Origin: a virus
Taxonomy: Duplodnaviria; Caudoviricetes
Direction: 5' to 3' (one strand)
Virus record (IMG/VR): IMGVR_UViG_3300043171_000012
Span: 5,419 to 69,418 of that record
Length of the DNA stretch: 64,000 bases
The position numbers and the translations under genes were made by a program. Positions 46,529-55,071 of this stretch are shown here, in pieces (the stretch's first letter is position 1; each line of letters begins with the position of its first letter). A model generated the notes under the pieces. The model saw only the letters and a program-made list of their open reading frames with translations, made no database searches and was not told the origin of the DNA.

Positions 46529-47080
46529 TTAAAACATTCCCCAACCTTTATAACCAGAGCTTTTTGGTTTACTTTCTTTAATATCGTATTTATCTGAACT
46601 AAAGAAATTATGAATTTTGTTTTTAGTTTTTTCTCTTTTTACAGTACGATCCATTTTTCTTTCGTTTCTTTTCTCTACTCGTACAGCTCTTTCAGACTGT
46701 CTTTTTTCAGTTCTATCTATTCTACCTTTTAATCTAGCTTCCTTAGCTTTATTACCTCCACCATCTTTTACTTTTTGTACTTTATTGTTTAATCTACCCA
46801 ACTTAGTAACACCACCTTCACCATCTTTTTTTATATCAGTTTTAGTGCCACCACTTGATTTTCCAGTAGAACCATCAATAGTCATACCACCTGTAGGTAT
46901 ATCAGATGATTGCACGTAAGCACTTGCATCTGTTGCTTTTCCTTGGTAATTTGAATACGCATTTTCTGCAGCTCCACCAATTTCAGCACCATATGCTTCA
47001 TTAGTTATTCTTGAAATGCCGCACATGGATACAGCTTTACCAGATTTTCTTGAAGGGCCAAAGTTTTGTTTATATGCCAT
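46529..47080 (-). CDS. Basic protein with MAYKQNFGPSRK N-terminus
   Basis: Tag almost identical to 44637-45158; Arg/Lys-rich C-half. Confidence 0.6.
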   Translation of the reverse strand: MAYKQNFGPSRKSGKAVSMCGISRITNEAYGAEIGGAAENAYSNYQGKATDASAYVQSSDIPTGGMTIDGSTGKSSGGTKTDIKKDGEGGVTKLGRLNNKVQKVKDGGGNKAKEARLKGRIDRTEKRQSERAVRVEKRNERKMDRTVKREKTKNKIHNFFSSDKYDIKESKPKSSGYKGWGMF

Positions 47081-47091
47081 AATTTGTTTTT

Positions 47092-47595
47092 TTAATCTAG
47101 TTTATCTAATAATACTATGTCAATAGGAGGTGTTGGTGAAGATGCAAAAACTTTTACCACTTGTAAATCAAGTATCTTACCAGCTGGAATGTTATTTATA
47201 GTTGTTGTATTTCCTGAAACATCTGTGATTTTAACATCACCTGTAGTTCCAAAGTACAAGGAATAGCCTTCGCTACCAGCTACATTGCCTTTATATATTT
47301 CATACACATCATTGGTTGCTATCGCAATGCCTGCTGTAGCTATAGTTATAGTTGTGTCACTTACTACGTTTTTAACTTGATAGCATTTGCTCTGCGTCTT
47401 GTTATATATAATATCACCACTGCTTATATTATACCCCAATGCGTTTGTTTTAGCATTTGTAAACTCAGCAGATGAATCAATTAAAGTTGTAGTATTAGAA
47501 CCCGCAGCCGCTGATCCAGTTTTCAATAACCCAGGTTGAGGTAAATTATAATCGTCACTGGGTATAACGGTTAATGATGCGTTGTATGTACTCAT
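47092..47595 (-). CDS. Hypothetical beta-rich structural protein
   Basis: SLYFGTTGDVKIT...NIPAGKILDLQVVKV core with an inserted domain. Confidence 0.55.
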   Translation of the reverse strand: MSTYNASLTVIPSDDYNLPQPGLLKTGSAAAGSNTTTLIDSSAEFTNAKTNALGYNISSGDIIYNKTQSKCYQVKNVVSDTTITIATAGIAIATNDVYEIYKGNVAGSEGYSLYFGTTGDVKITDVSGNTTTINNIPAGKILDLQVVKVFASSPTPPIDIVLLDKLD

Positions 47596-47607
47596 TTTTT
47601 TTATTTT

Positions 47608-47826
47608 TTATGATTCTTCTTGTGCAAGTATCACAGGGCTTGTTCCTTTGTAAGAAATAGGCGCTTTTAATATTTGCATTCCAGTTATACCAGAACTTGA
47701 ACCCATACCATGAGCTCTACCTGACTGATCTAGAGGTCCATCCCATATGTGAGATTCACCTACTATACCTACGTGTTTTCCTGGCTTCAATTTTTCCATT
47801 GATGGATCATATTTTAAATCGTGCAT
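47608..47826 (-). CDS. Hypothetical protein
   Basis: In operon; WDGPLD...HGMGSSSG. Confidence 0.55.
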   Translation of the reverse strand: MHDLKYDPSMEKLKPGKHVGIVGESHIWDGPLDQSGRAHGMGSSSGITGMQILKAPISYKGTSPVILAQEES

Positions 47827-47829
47827 AAT

Positions 47830-48279
47830 TTAGTTTTTATTTATTTCCTTGTTTATATCATTTATAGATGTAGTTAATACTTTATCCATATATGTTTTTC
47901 TTTTCATTATTTTATTTCTTCTAGTGGAATTTGGTATCTCTTCTTCTTGTAGCATTATTCTATACATCCTACTAATTAATTGTTTACCTTTAACAGAAAC
48001 CTTATATATATTATAAGTTTGATTAGTTCTATTTCTTTTTCTCCAAACAACTATCCAGTTATCTTTTATTAATCTACTCCATCTTCTATTGTCCCAACTA
48101 TAAGAATAAACACCTTTTTTAAAGTCTTTAATTGTAAATAAATCAATACAGTCCAAGTATATTAGTAACTCTAAATCAGCTTCATTTAAGTCGTTGTTTT
48201 TGGAAGCCCATTTGCGGATTATCCGGTAATGTTTAAGCAAGTTTATATCTTTTAAATCACTTGCTGATAGCTTTTTCAT
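47830..48279 (-). CDS. Winged-helix-like DNA-binding protein (putative)
   Basis: LNEADLELLIYL...RLIKDNWIVVWR...YKVSVKGKQLI resembles MarR-type wHTH. Confidence 0.5.
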   Translation of the reverse strand: MKKLSASDLKDINLLKHYRIIRKWASKNNDLNEADLELLIYLDCIDLFTIKDFKKGVYSYSWDNRRWSRLIKDNWIVVWRKRNRTNQTYNIYKVSVKGKQLISRMYRIMLQEEEIPNSTRRNKIMKRKTYMDKVLTTSINDINKEINKN

Positions 48280-48536
48280 AAAACAACGACCACGTCTTGT
48301 AATTTTATTACGTGGTATGACTTATCTTTTAATTCTATTTTGTGACCTGAATGTCTGTCATAAAATATAACATCACCAGTATTCAATCCCTCAACTTCAT
48401 CACCTACACTAATTACATTAGCTTTTAAATACCTAATGTCATCTTTGTGAGATTCCGCTAAAAGTAAACCACCTTTTGTTGAGGTAGTTCCTTCTTTTAT
48501 TTTTTCTATTATTAAATTTCTACCCAGCGCTTTCAT
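48276..48536 (-). CDS. groES: Co-chaperonin GroES
   Basis: TKGGLLL mobile loop, VISVG, GDVIFY; adjacent to groEL. Confidence 0.85.
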   Translation of the reverse strand: MKALGRNLIIEKIKEGTTSTKGGLLLAESHKDDIRYLKANVISVGDEVEGLNTGDVIFYDRHSGHKIELKDKSYHVIKLQDVVVVL

Positions 48537-50094
48537 CTACCCTTACGTTATTGATTACACAATCGGTTGACATAATAGTTGTAGCTACAGAAGCCGCATT
48601 TATAAGAGCACTTTTAGTAACAAGGGAAGGATCTATAATACCTTCCTTTACCATATTTACCATATTTCCTGTAACCACATCTAAACCATAACCTTCATTA
48701 GAGATTAAGTAATCATCTTGTTCCTTAGTTAGAGACAAACCTGCATTACTTAATATTTTATTGAAAGGCGCTTTGATAGCATTGTACAAACACTGTTGCC
48801 CTATTGATTTAGATTTTAAATTATTTGAAGCGTTTAACAAGGCTATTCCTCCACCTGGTACTATACCTTCTTTTATTGCGGCTTTAGTAGCGCAAATAGC
48901 GTCTTCGACTCTATCTGTTTTTTCTTTTAATTCAATATCAGAATTAGCACCAACCTTAACTATAGCTACTTTAGCTGACAATCTAGCTAATCTTCTTTCT
49001 AGATTTATAATTGTGTGTGGTTTATTTTTCTGCTTTAATTCTTTTTTAATGCTTTTTATAATATCTAGTACTTCGTTGCTTAAATCATCTACTGTTATAA
49101 TTGTTCTTTCATTGTCAGAAGAAGCTTTAACACATTGACCTAAGTAATCTAAGTCTATAACACTTAAGTCATCTCCTAGGTCTTCATTTACAATTGTAGA
49201 ATTTGTTAGCAAAGCTAAATCATCTAGAATTGTTTTTCTATTTAAACCATAAGAAGGAGGCTCAATAACATTAAGCTTTATATTACCTTTCATTTTATTC
49301 ATCATAAGAGCTGATAACACTGGTGGTTCTATTTCTGCTATTAACAACAATGATTTGTTATTTTTTATAACATGTTCTAAAACTGATTGTATTTGTCTTA
49401 TTGAATCTACTTTTGATTCCATTATTAAAACAACTGGATTTTCTAATTCAGCAGTTTTCTTTTCTTTATTAGTTGTAAAGTTTGCGTGAGAATAACCTCT
49501 ATTATATTCAACGCCTTCTAGTATTTCAACCTCTGTATTACCTGATTCGGAAGCTTCCATTGTTACAACACCTGTTGTGCCAACCTCTCTAAACGCATCA
49601 GCTATTAACTTACCTAGTTCTTTATCATTGTTAGTTGATATAGTTGCAACATTATCTATCATGTCACCTGACACTTCAATACTGTTTTCATCTATATAAC
49701 TTATAACATCATTTACAGCTTCTAAGATGTTTTGTTTAGTTACTCTTATACTAGTATCTTTTTGCTTAGAACTATAAACCTCGGCTAATATAGCATGTGC
49801 TAGTATTGTTGCTGTAGTAGTTCCATCTCCAGCTTCTTTTACTGTTTTACGTGCTGCTTCTTTTAAAAGTGTAGCACCCATATTGTGAATAGGATTTTTT
49901 AATATAATAGAATTAGCAACTGTAACACCATCCTTTGTTATTATAGGATCACCGTTACTGTCCTCCATTATCACACATTTACCGCTGGCCCCTAGTGTGG
50001 AGCCAACAGCACTTGTGAGTTGTTCTATTCCTTTAAATACTTCAAACTTAGCCTTGTCACCAAAGCTTAGGTTTTTGACTATTTTGTCAGACAT
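48520..50094 (-). CDS. groEL: Chaperonin GroEL
   Basis: ITKDGVTVA, GDGTTTAT, RVEDAICATKAA, GIVPGGG, GIIDP. Confidence 0.96.
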   Translation of the reverse strand: MSDKIVKNLSFGDKAKFEVFKGIEQLTSAVGSTLGASGKCVIMEDSNGDPIITKDGVTVANSIILKNPIHNMGATLLKEAARKTVKEAGDGTTTATILAHAILAEVYSSKQKDTSIRVTKQNILEAVNDVISYIDENSIEVSGDMIDNVATISTNNDKELGKLIADAFREVGTTGVVTMEASESGNTEVEILEGVEYNRGYSHANFTTNKEKKTAELENPVVLIMESKVDSIRQIQSVLEHVIKNNKSLLLIAEIEPPVLSALMMNKMKGNIKLNVIEPPSYGLNRKTILDDLALLTNSTIVNEDLGDDLSVIDLDYLGQCVKASSDNERTIITVDDLSNEVLDIIKSIKKELKQKNKPHTIINLERRLARLSAKVAIVKVGANSDIELKEKTDRVEDAICATKAAIKEGIVPGGGIALLNASNNLKSKSIGQQCLYNAIKAPFNKILSNAGLSLTKEQDDYLISNEGYGLDVVTGNMVNMVKEGIIDPSLVTKSALINAASVATTIMSTDCVINNVRVDESAG

Positions 50095-50122
50095 AATTTA
50101 ATTTAATTTAATTGGATTGATT

Positions 50123-50413
50123 TTATTTAAAGGTTTTAACGACTTGTGGTCCGCGAATATAAGAAAGTTTTTTCTCGTAATGGTTAATTGAAGCGTCAAT
50201 TGCTGACTCAGCACCTTCCATTGTTTCACGTCTCGTCACGTCGATCCAAGAATCTTCTTCTTTAGGATCAAGGTATTCAGTTTGAAAAAATCCGTTTGGT
50301 AGTTGAACAATCCTCCAGTTTTTTTTCTGAATTATATGTTCCCATACTTTCTTGGTTTCATCTGTAACTTGTGGTTGACTATTCCACGAACTAGTCTGGT
50401 AATAAAATGTCAT
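50123..50413 (-). CDS. Hypothetical protein
   Basis: WRIVQLPNGFFQTE...WIDVTRRET; first gene after a promoter-like motif. Confidence 0.65.
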   Translation of the reverse strand: MTFYYQTSSWNSQPQVTDETKKVWEHIIQKKNWRIVQLPNGFFQTEYLDPKEEDSWIDVTRRETMEGAESAIDASINHYEKKLSYIRGPQVVKTFK

Positions 50414-50470
50414 TGGTTTTGGTTTTTAGTTAGACATTGGTTAATGCTCTTCCCGAGCAGGGTATATTTG

Positions 50471-50499
50471 TATTATCACTTGTTTTTAGTAATATTTAC
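50471..50499 (-). promoter_or_regulatory. Putative late promoter (GTAAA-N15-GTGATAATA) for the groEL/packaging block
   Basis: Intergenic; same boxes and spacing as the other copies; followed by a small hairpin at 50445-50459. Confidence 0.6.
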
Positions 50500-50880
50500 C
50501 TATTCTTCTCCTTCCTCTTCCTCTACTGGTGGTGGTGGAGTTGGATTTTGCCATGTAAAATACAAGTCTTCGTTTACTGGCGTGATCTCAGATTCTATGC
50601 TTGCAGCTATACTAGCTTGCATTGCAGGCACATCTAACGAACCTTCTAACCATCCAATAACTACAGCTTCAAAAGCTTCAGTGTCTTCGTAAGGTACAAA
50701 AGAATCTCCAGCTACGTAAGTATAACCTTGTGTTCCAATGTTAGTTGATGAATAAGTTTTTCCTCCAGATTCTTCAGAACCAGTGTATCTGTAATGTACT
50801 GTATATATTACATTGTCTTCACCTTCTGCTTGAATATGAGCGTTCATTTGTGGGATATCCCATTTGTAAGTAATTGCCAT
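50500..50880 (-). CDS. Tail-fibre-associated small protein
   Basis: ITYKWDI...VIYTVHYRYTG...FVPYED...VIGWL pattern common beside fibre genes. Confidence 0.55.
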   Translation of the reverse strand: MAITYKWDIPQMNAHIQAEGEDNVIYTVHYRYTGSEESGGKTYSSTNIGTQGYTYVAGDSFVPYEDTEAFEAVVIGWLEGSLDVPAMQASIAASIESEITPVNEDLYFTWQNPTPPPPVEEEEGEE

Positions 50881-50919
50881 TTTTTAATTTTTAAAGATTT
50901 ATTTATTTATTTATTTATT

Positions 50920-51231
50920 TTATGGAGAGCATATTGAAACTGACGTGCACACGCCGCTTACTACTCTATAATAACCTAGTATATTACTACCACTTCCCGT
51001 CGTATAAAATCCATTTGAAGTTGCGGTTGTTCCTGTAGCATTGTCAAAAACATCATCATTTACTTGAGGATTAAAACCGGAACCATCGTGGTATTTTGTT
51101 GTATTTACAACCTGTGTACATACAAACTTTACATCGCTCTGCCCTGAGCCAGAGCTGAATGATGTTAGCGTTGCACAGTCTTTATCGTACCCGTACCAGT
51201 CTGAAAATTTATATGGATAAGCTATAGGCAT
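50920..51231 (-). CDS. Small tail-fibre-associated protein
   Basis: Ser/Thr/Gly-rich, Cys-containing; FSDWYGYD. Confidence 0.5.
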   Translation of the reverse strand: MPIAYPYKFSDWYGYDKDCATLTSFSSGSGQSDVKFVCTQVVNTTKYHDGSGFNPQVNDDVFDNATGTTATSNGFYTTGSGSNILGYYRVVSGVCTSVSICSP

Positions 51232-51241
51232 AATTTATATT

Positions 51242-51688
51242 TTATGGGCAACTACAATTAGTTGCTGTTACTGCTCCTGTTGTTGTATTTGTTGATATTG
51301 ATGGGCAGGTACAACTACCACCAAACCAAACTGTACCTGATGGACCTTGAATAAACCCACCGCCGCCAGTGTATACTGATCCGCTTACGTTACTATATAT
51401 AATAGTTCCTGTGGTTACCGCTGTCAAAGCCACTGTTGTGTACAGTGTTATTATCCCACCAGTGCCGTCGTAAATAGTAAAAGAATTGTATGTACCTCTA
51501 TCAGCAGGGTTTGGTGTGCATGCGGTATTTACAGTCGGATAAGAATTACCAGAACCATGACTATCCCCACCATTAATCATATCATACATAGATATTGGCC
51601 CAGTTATTGTTCCTGATCCCCAAGTGCCATATAATGCCTCTTGCGCTATAGATTCCATAGATAATGCTCCTGAGGTTGGTATAGCCAT
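51242..51688 (-). CDS. Small tail-fibre-associated protein
   Basis: MAIPTSGALSM N-terminus, typical after S74-bearing fibres. Confidence 0.55.
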   Translation of the reverse strand: MAIPTSGALSMESIAQEALYGTWGSGTITGPISMYDMINGGDSHGSGNSYPTVNTACTPNPADRGTYNSFTIYDGTGGIITLYTTVALTAVTTGTIIYSNVSGSVYTGGGGFIQGPSGTVWFGGSCTCPSISTNTTTGAVTATNCSCP

Positions 51689-54600
51689 TACTTATTACAA
51701 TTACAGTTATTTAACTTTAATTCCTCTATTTCAGCTTTTAATTCTTTTATAGCTTCTAATAATATAGGTGTTATACCTTGGTATCTTAAAGATAAATTAC
51801 CTTTACCATTATCTCTAACAAGTTCTGGTAACACTTCTTGAACGTCTTGAGCTATAAAACCTATATCTTCTTTTATCTCTAATATGCTCTCGCTATCTTT
51901 CCAGTCAAAAGTAACTCCTTGAAGTTGCATTGCTTTATCTAAAGCGCTTTCAATTGGTTTAATATTTTCTTTGTATTTTCTATCAGAAGGAGATCCATAA
52001 GCTATTACATCTCCTTTAACTGTCAAATCTCCACCGCCTGTAGTACTTGTATCTAAATCCATGTAAGCAATCTCTCCAGTACCAGACGCATCGTTACTCC
52101 ATCTAAAATTATAACCGTTTCCAGCTGTTACTTTAAATTGACCAGATTTAGTACCTGTTACATTTGGTTTCAAGTGTAGTACCGCATTACCAGCTGTGCT
52201 TGATTCAATTACAACATGAGGGTTAATAGCACTAAATTTGGCAATTTGACCACTAATAGTTCCTTTTCTAACTTCGAGTAAAGCGGAAGGGTTATCAATC
52301 CCAATTCCTACATTACCACCAGATTTTATACGCATGTATTCTGCAACACCAGCGGTGCTTTTTCCAACAAAAGCCAAATCACTAGCATCACTACCTGATC
52401 TTATAGCTACTATTCTACTTACAGAATTATTATTAGTACCCACAGTAAAAAGTAGTTGAGAAAAATTATTAGTATTACCAGCTGTGTTTGTATTATTTAT
52501 TGTAGTACCCGCAGAGGCTTGACCACCTGAATCAGTTGGACTGTAAACCGTGGTTTGACTTCCTTGAATATGTAACTTATTTGTAGGATTAGTCGTTCCA
52601 ATCCCGACGTTGCCGCTGGAGTCAATACGCATTTTTTCTGAGCCACTTGTTAAAAATCTATGATAACCACCAGTATCGTAACCCATGTAACCATAGGTTC
52701 CACCACCAAAAATCTTATAACTAGCACTAGAAGTTCCAAAGAATAAATTACCTTCATTTGAAGCAGTTGCTAAATATAAATCACCTGTCAAAGGATAACT
52801 TGATCCAGCTGAAAGTGGTAAATAAGGACCTGCGCCAGAACCTGGAACTGTAGTTGTTTTTACTACGTTACCTGAAGCATCTGTTCCTAATAAGTAAGTT
52901 GGAGTACCTGTGTTGTTTGTGGAATCGTAAGCGTTAAATTTAATAGCTCCAGCTAAACCTCTAGCAAATCTAGATTCTCCTTCAACATAAATACCACCAC
53001 CAACACCTCCTGAAATTGATCTTCCCACTGACATTACATAACCTGCAACAGATGGAGCAGAAACTGAGTTTGGATTATTAATACCAACTGCATCTCTAAA
53101 AGTATATGAAAAATTTGTACTAAAAGAAGCATCTGTACTAATATAACAACCGCCTCCTCCTAATCTAGTTCCGCCAGCTACATGTAATTTAGAATCAGGC
53201 GAAGTCGTTCCAATCCCGACGTTACCGTTAGTGTGTACACGCATGCGTTCAGAGCTTGATCCAGCTATGTCAGTAAATAATGCAATGTAACCTGTATTAT
53301 TTGCTCCTGCAGTTCCAGCTTGTATCATACCAACTGAACCCGCGTTATTTGCAAAGTTTACTGTAGAAACTACATCATTAGTATTGTTGTTCGCGTGTTG
53401 TAATCTTATTTCTGCTCCTCCAGCTGCTGAACCATCACTTCTAACTTCTAATTTAGCCCCAGGACTAGTTGTACCGATACCGACGTTGCCGGTGCTTGTA
53501 ATACGCATTCTTTCTGTAGGAGTATAATCCGTATTCGCAGTTAAACCGCTATTTGTAAAAACTCTAAAAACACCTGAGTCATAGCTAGTTATAGCTGCTG
53601 TGGTACTTGGCGCTCTGAATTTAGAAGAGTTATAGTAAAAACCGCTACCAAAATAAAGATACGTGTCATCTATAGCGCCAGCATATAAAGCATTAACGTT
53701 AGTTCCGTAATTACTTACTTTTAAAGCCGTAAATGGAGCAATTGCAGTTTTAACATCAAGCTTAGCTCCAGGTCCAGTTGTCCCGATACCGACGTTACCT
53801 CCATTAAAATGAGTTACTCCATTTGACCTTAAGGCAATAGTTGTTGAGCCAGCAGCAGTACTTGCAAATAAACCAGCATCAATACCACCAGGAGCGTATG
53901 CATTAAGATTACCAGCGAGTTGTAATTTTTCATTAGGCGTAGTCGTACCGATCCCTACGTTACCCAACTGCGTAAGTATCATAGTTGTTTCATTAACAGA
54001 CGTCGAGCTTCTAGTACTTCTTAAAAAAGCTAAATCAGAACCAAAAGGTTCGCTTGATGCAGTAGCAGGAGCTGTTACCATAGCTATATCCCACTTATAT
54101 ATATCTTCGTTATTAACCCCTGTTTGACTAGTCTTGAAAGTTAAAGCAGATCTTTTAGTACCTACAGCTTGAGAACTAACAGCGTTCCAACCTACCGTTA
54201 TATCATAATTACTACCATCATCTAATCCACCAACTTGTAAAGCTGTACCAGGGCTAGTCGTTCCAATTCCTAATCTGCCATTAGTTCCTGATAGAGTTAT
54301 TAAATTACCACTATCTAAATCAGAGCTAGTGCCAATCATAAAATTACTACCATTAGCACCTAAAGCAAAATCTGTTGCTGAAGAATTAAATGCTAAAAAT
54401 ATTTCACTAGCACTATTGTCGCCTATTGTTACATTCCCTGCAAAAGTTGCGTTACCAGTGTCTAAAAATGATACTGTTGGACTTGTGTCAGCACTATTGA
54501 AAAAATTAAGGTCACCATCAACATCTACTCCAATATCCCAACTTTCGTTTGCTGAATCATTTTCTAAAATTCTTATAGCTCTATGCGCGGTATCTGAATT

Positions 54601-55071
54601 TATTGATAAAGGTCTGCCAGGATCAGTTGTCCCAATACCAACGTTACCAGTGTTTCCGTTTATATATAATCTATCCGCGTTGTTTGTTTGGAATATTAAA
54701 GCTCTACCTGCACTATTACTACCTATTGTAGTAGCAGTGTCGTCCATGTGGAAAGATGTAGTGTAACCGCTTGTACTATTAGCAGAAAAATCAAAATGAG
54801 CAGAGGGGAAGTCTATACCTACCGCCGTGGTATTATTAGGTGCGTTTATAGTTAATTTGTGAATAGGATTAGTTGTCCCTATCCCAACGTTACCTGAATT
54901 GCTATTATATATACTGCTACCACTAGTAACCCAGAGACCTGTTCCAGGTACCGAGTTAGCGTCAACCCAGTCTATACCTGTTGAAGTTGTTGATAAGACT
55001 TGGCCTTCGCTCCCTCTATTATTATTACTGTCTAATAGGTATTTAGTTGAATATGTTTTTCCTGTACTCAT
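51688..55071 (-). CDS. Tail fibre with C-terminal intramolecular chaperone (peptidase S74)
   Basis: About 9 GNVGIGTTxP-type repeats; SDRKYKENIKPI...GFIAQDVQEVLPELV...LLEAIKEL. Confidence 0.88.
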   Translation of the reverse strand: MSTGKTYSTKYLLDSNNNRGSEGQVLSTTSTGIDWVDANSVPGTGLWVTSGSSIYNSNSGNVGIGTTNPIHKLTINAPNNTTAVGIDFPSAHFDFSANSTSGYTTSFHMDDTATTIGSNSAGRALIFQTNNADRLYINGNTGNVGIGTTDPGRPLSINSDTAHRAIRILENDSANESWDIGVDVDGDLNFFNSADTSPTVSFLDTGNATFAGNVTIGDNSASEIFLAFNSSATDFALGANGSNFMIGTSSDLDSGNLITLSGTNGRLGIGTTSPGTALQVGGLDDGSNYDITVGWNAVSSQAVGTKRSALTFKTSQTGVNNEDIYKWDIAMVTAPATASSEPFGSDLAFLRSTRSSTSVNETTMILTQLGNVGIGTTTPNEKLQLAGNLNAYAPGGIDAGLFASTAAGSTTIALRSNGVTHFNGGNVGIGTTGPGAKLDVKTAIAPFTALKVSNYGTNVNALYAGAIDDTYLYFGSGFYYNSSKFRAPSTTAAITSYDSGVFRVFTNSGLTANTDYTPTERMRITSTGNVGIGTTSPGAKLEVRSDGSAAGGAEIRLQHANNNTNDVVSTVNFANNAGSVGMIQAGTAGANNTGYIALFTDIAGSSSERMRVHTNGNVGIGTTSPDSKLHVAGGTRLGGGGCYISTDASFSTNFSYTFRDAVGINNPNSVSAPSVAGYVMSVGRSISGGVGGGIYVEGESRFARGLAGAIKFNAYDSTNNTGTPTYLLGTDASGNVVKTTTVPGSGAGPYLPLSAGSSYPLTGDLYLATASNEGNLFFGTSSASYKIFGGGTYGYMGYDTGGYHRFLTSGSEKMRIDSSGNVGIGTTNPTNKLHIQGSQTTVYSPTDSGGQASAGTTINNTNTAGNTNNFSQLLFTVGTNNNSVSRIVAIRSGSDASDLAFVGKSTAGVAEYMRIKSGGNVGIGIDNPSALLEVRKGTISGQIAKFSAINPHVVIESSTAGNAVLHLKPNVTGTKSGQFKVTAGNGYNFRWSNDASGTGEIAYMDLDTSTTGGGDLTVKGDVIAYGSPSDRKYKENIKPIESALDKAMQLQGVTFDWKDSESILEIKEDIGFIAQDVQEVLPELVRDNGKGNLSLRYQGITPILLEAIKELKAEIEELKLNNCNCNK

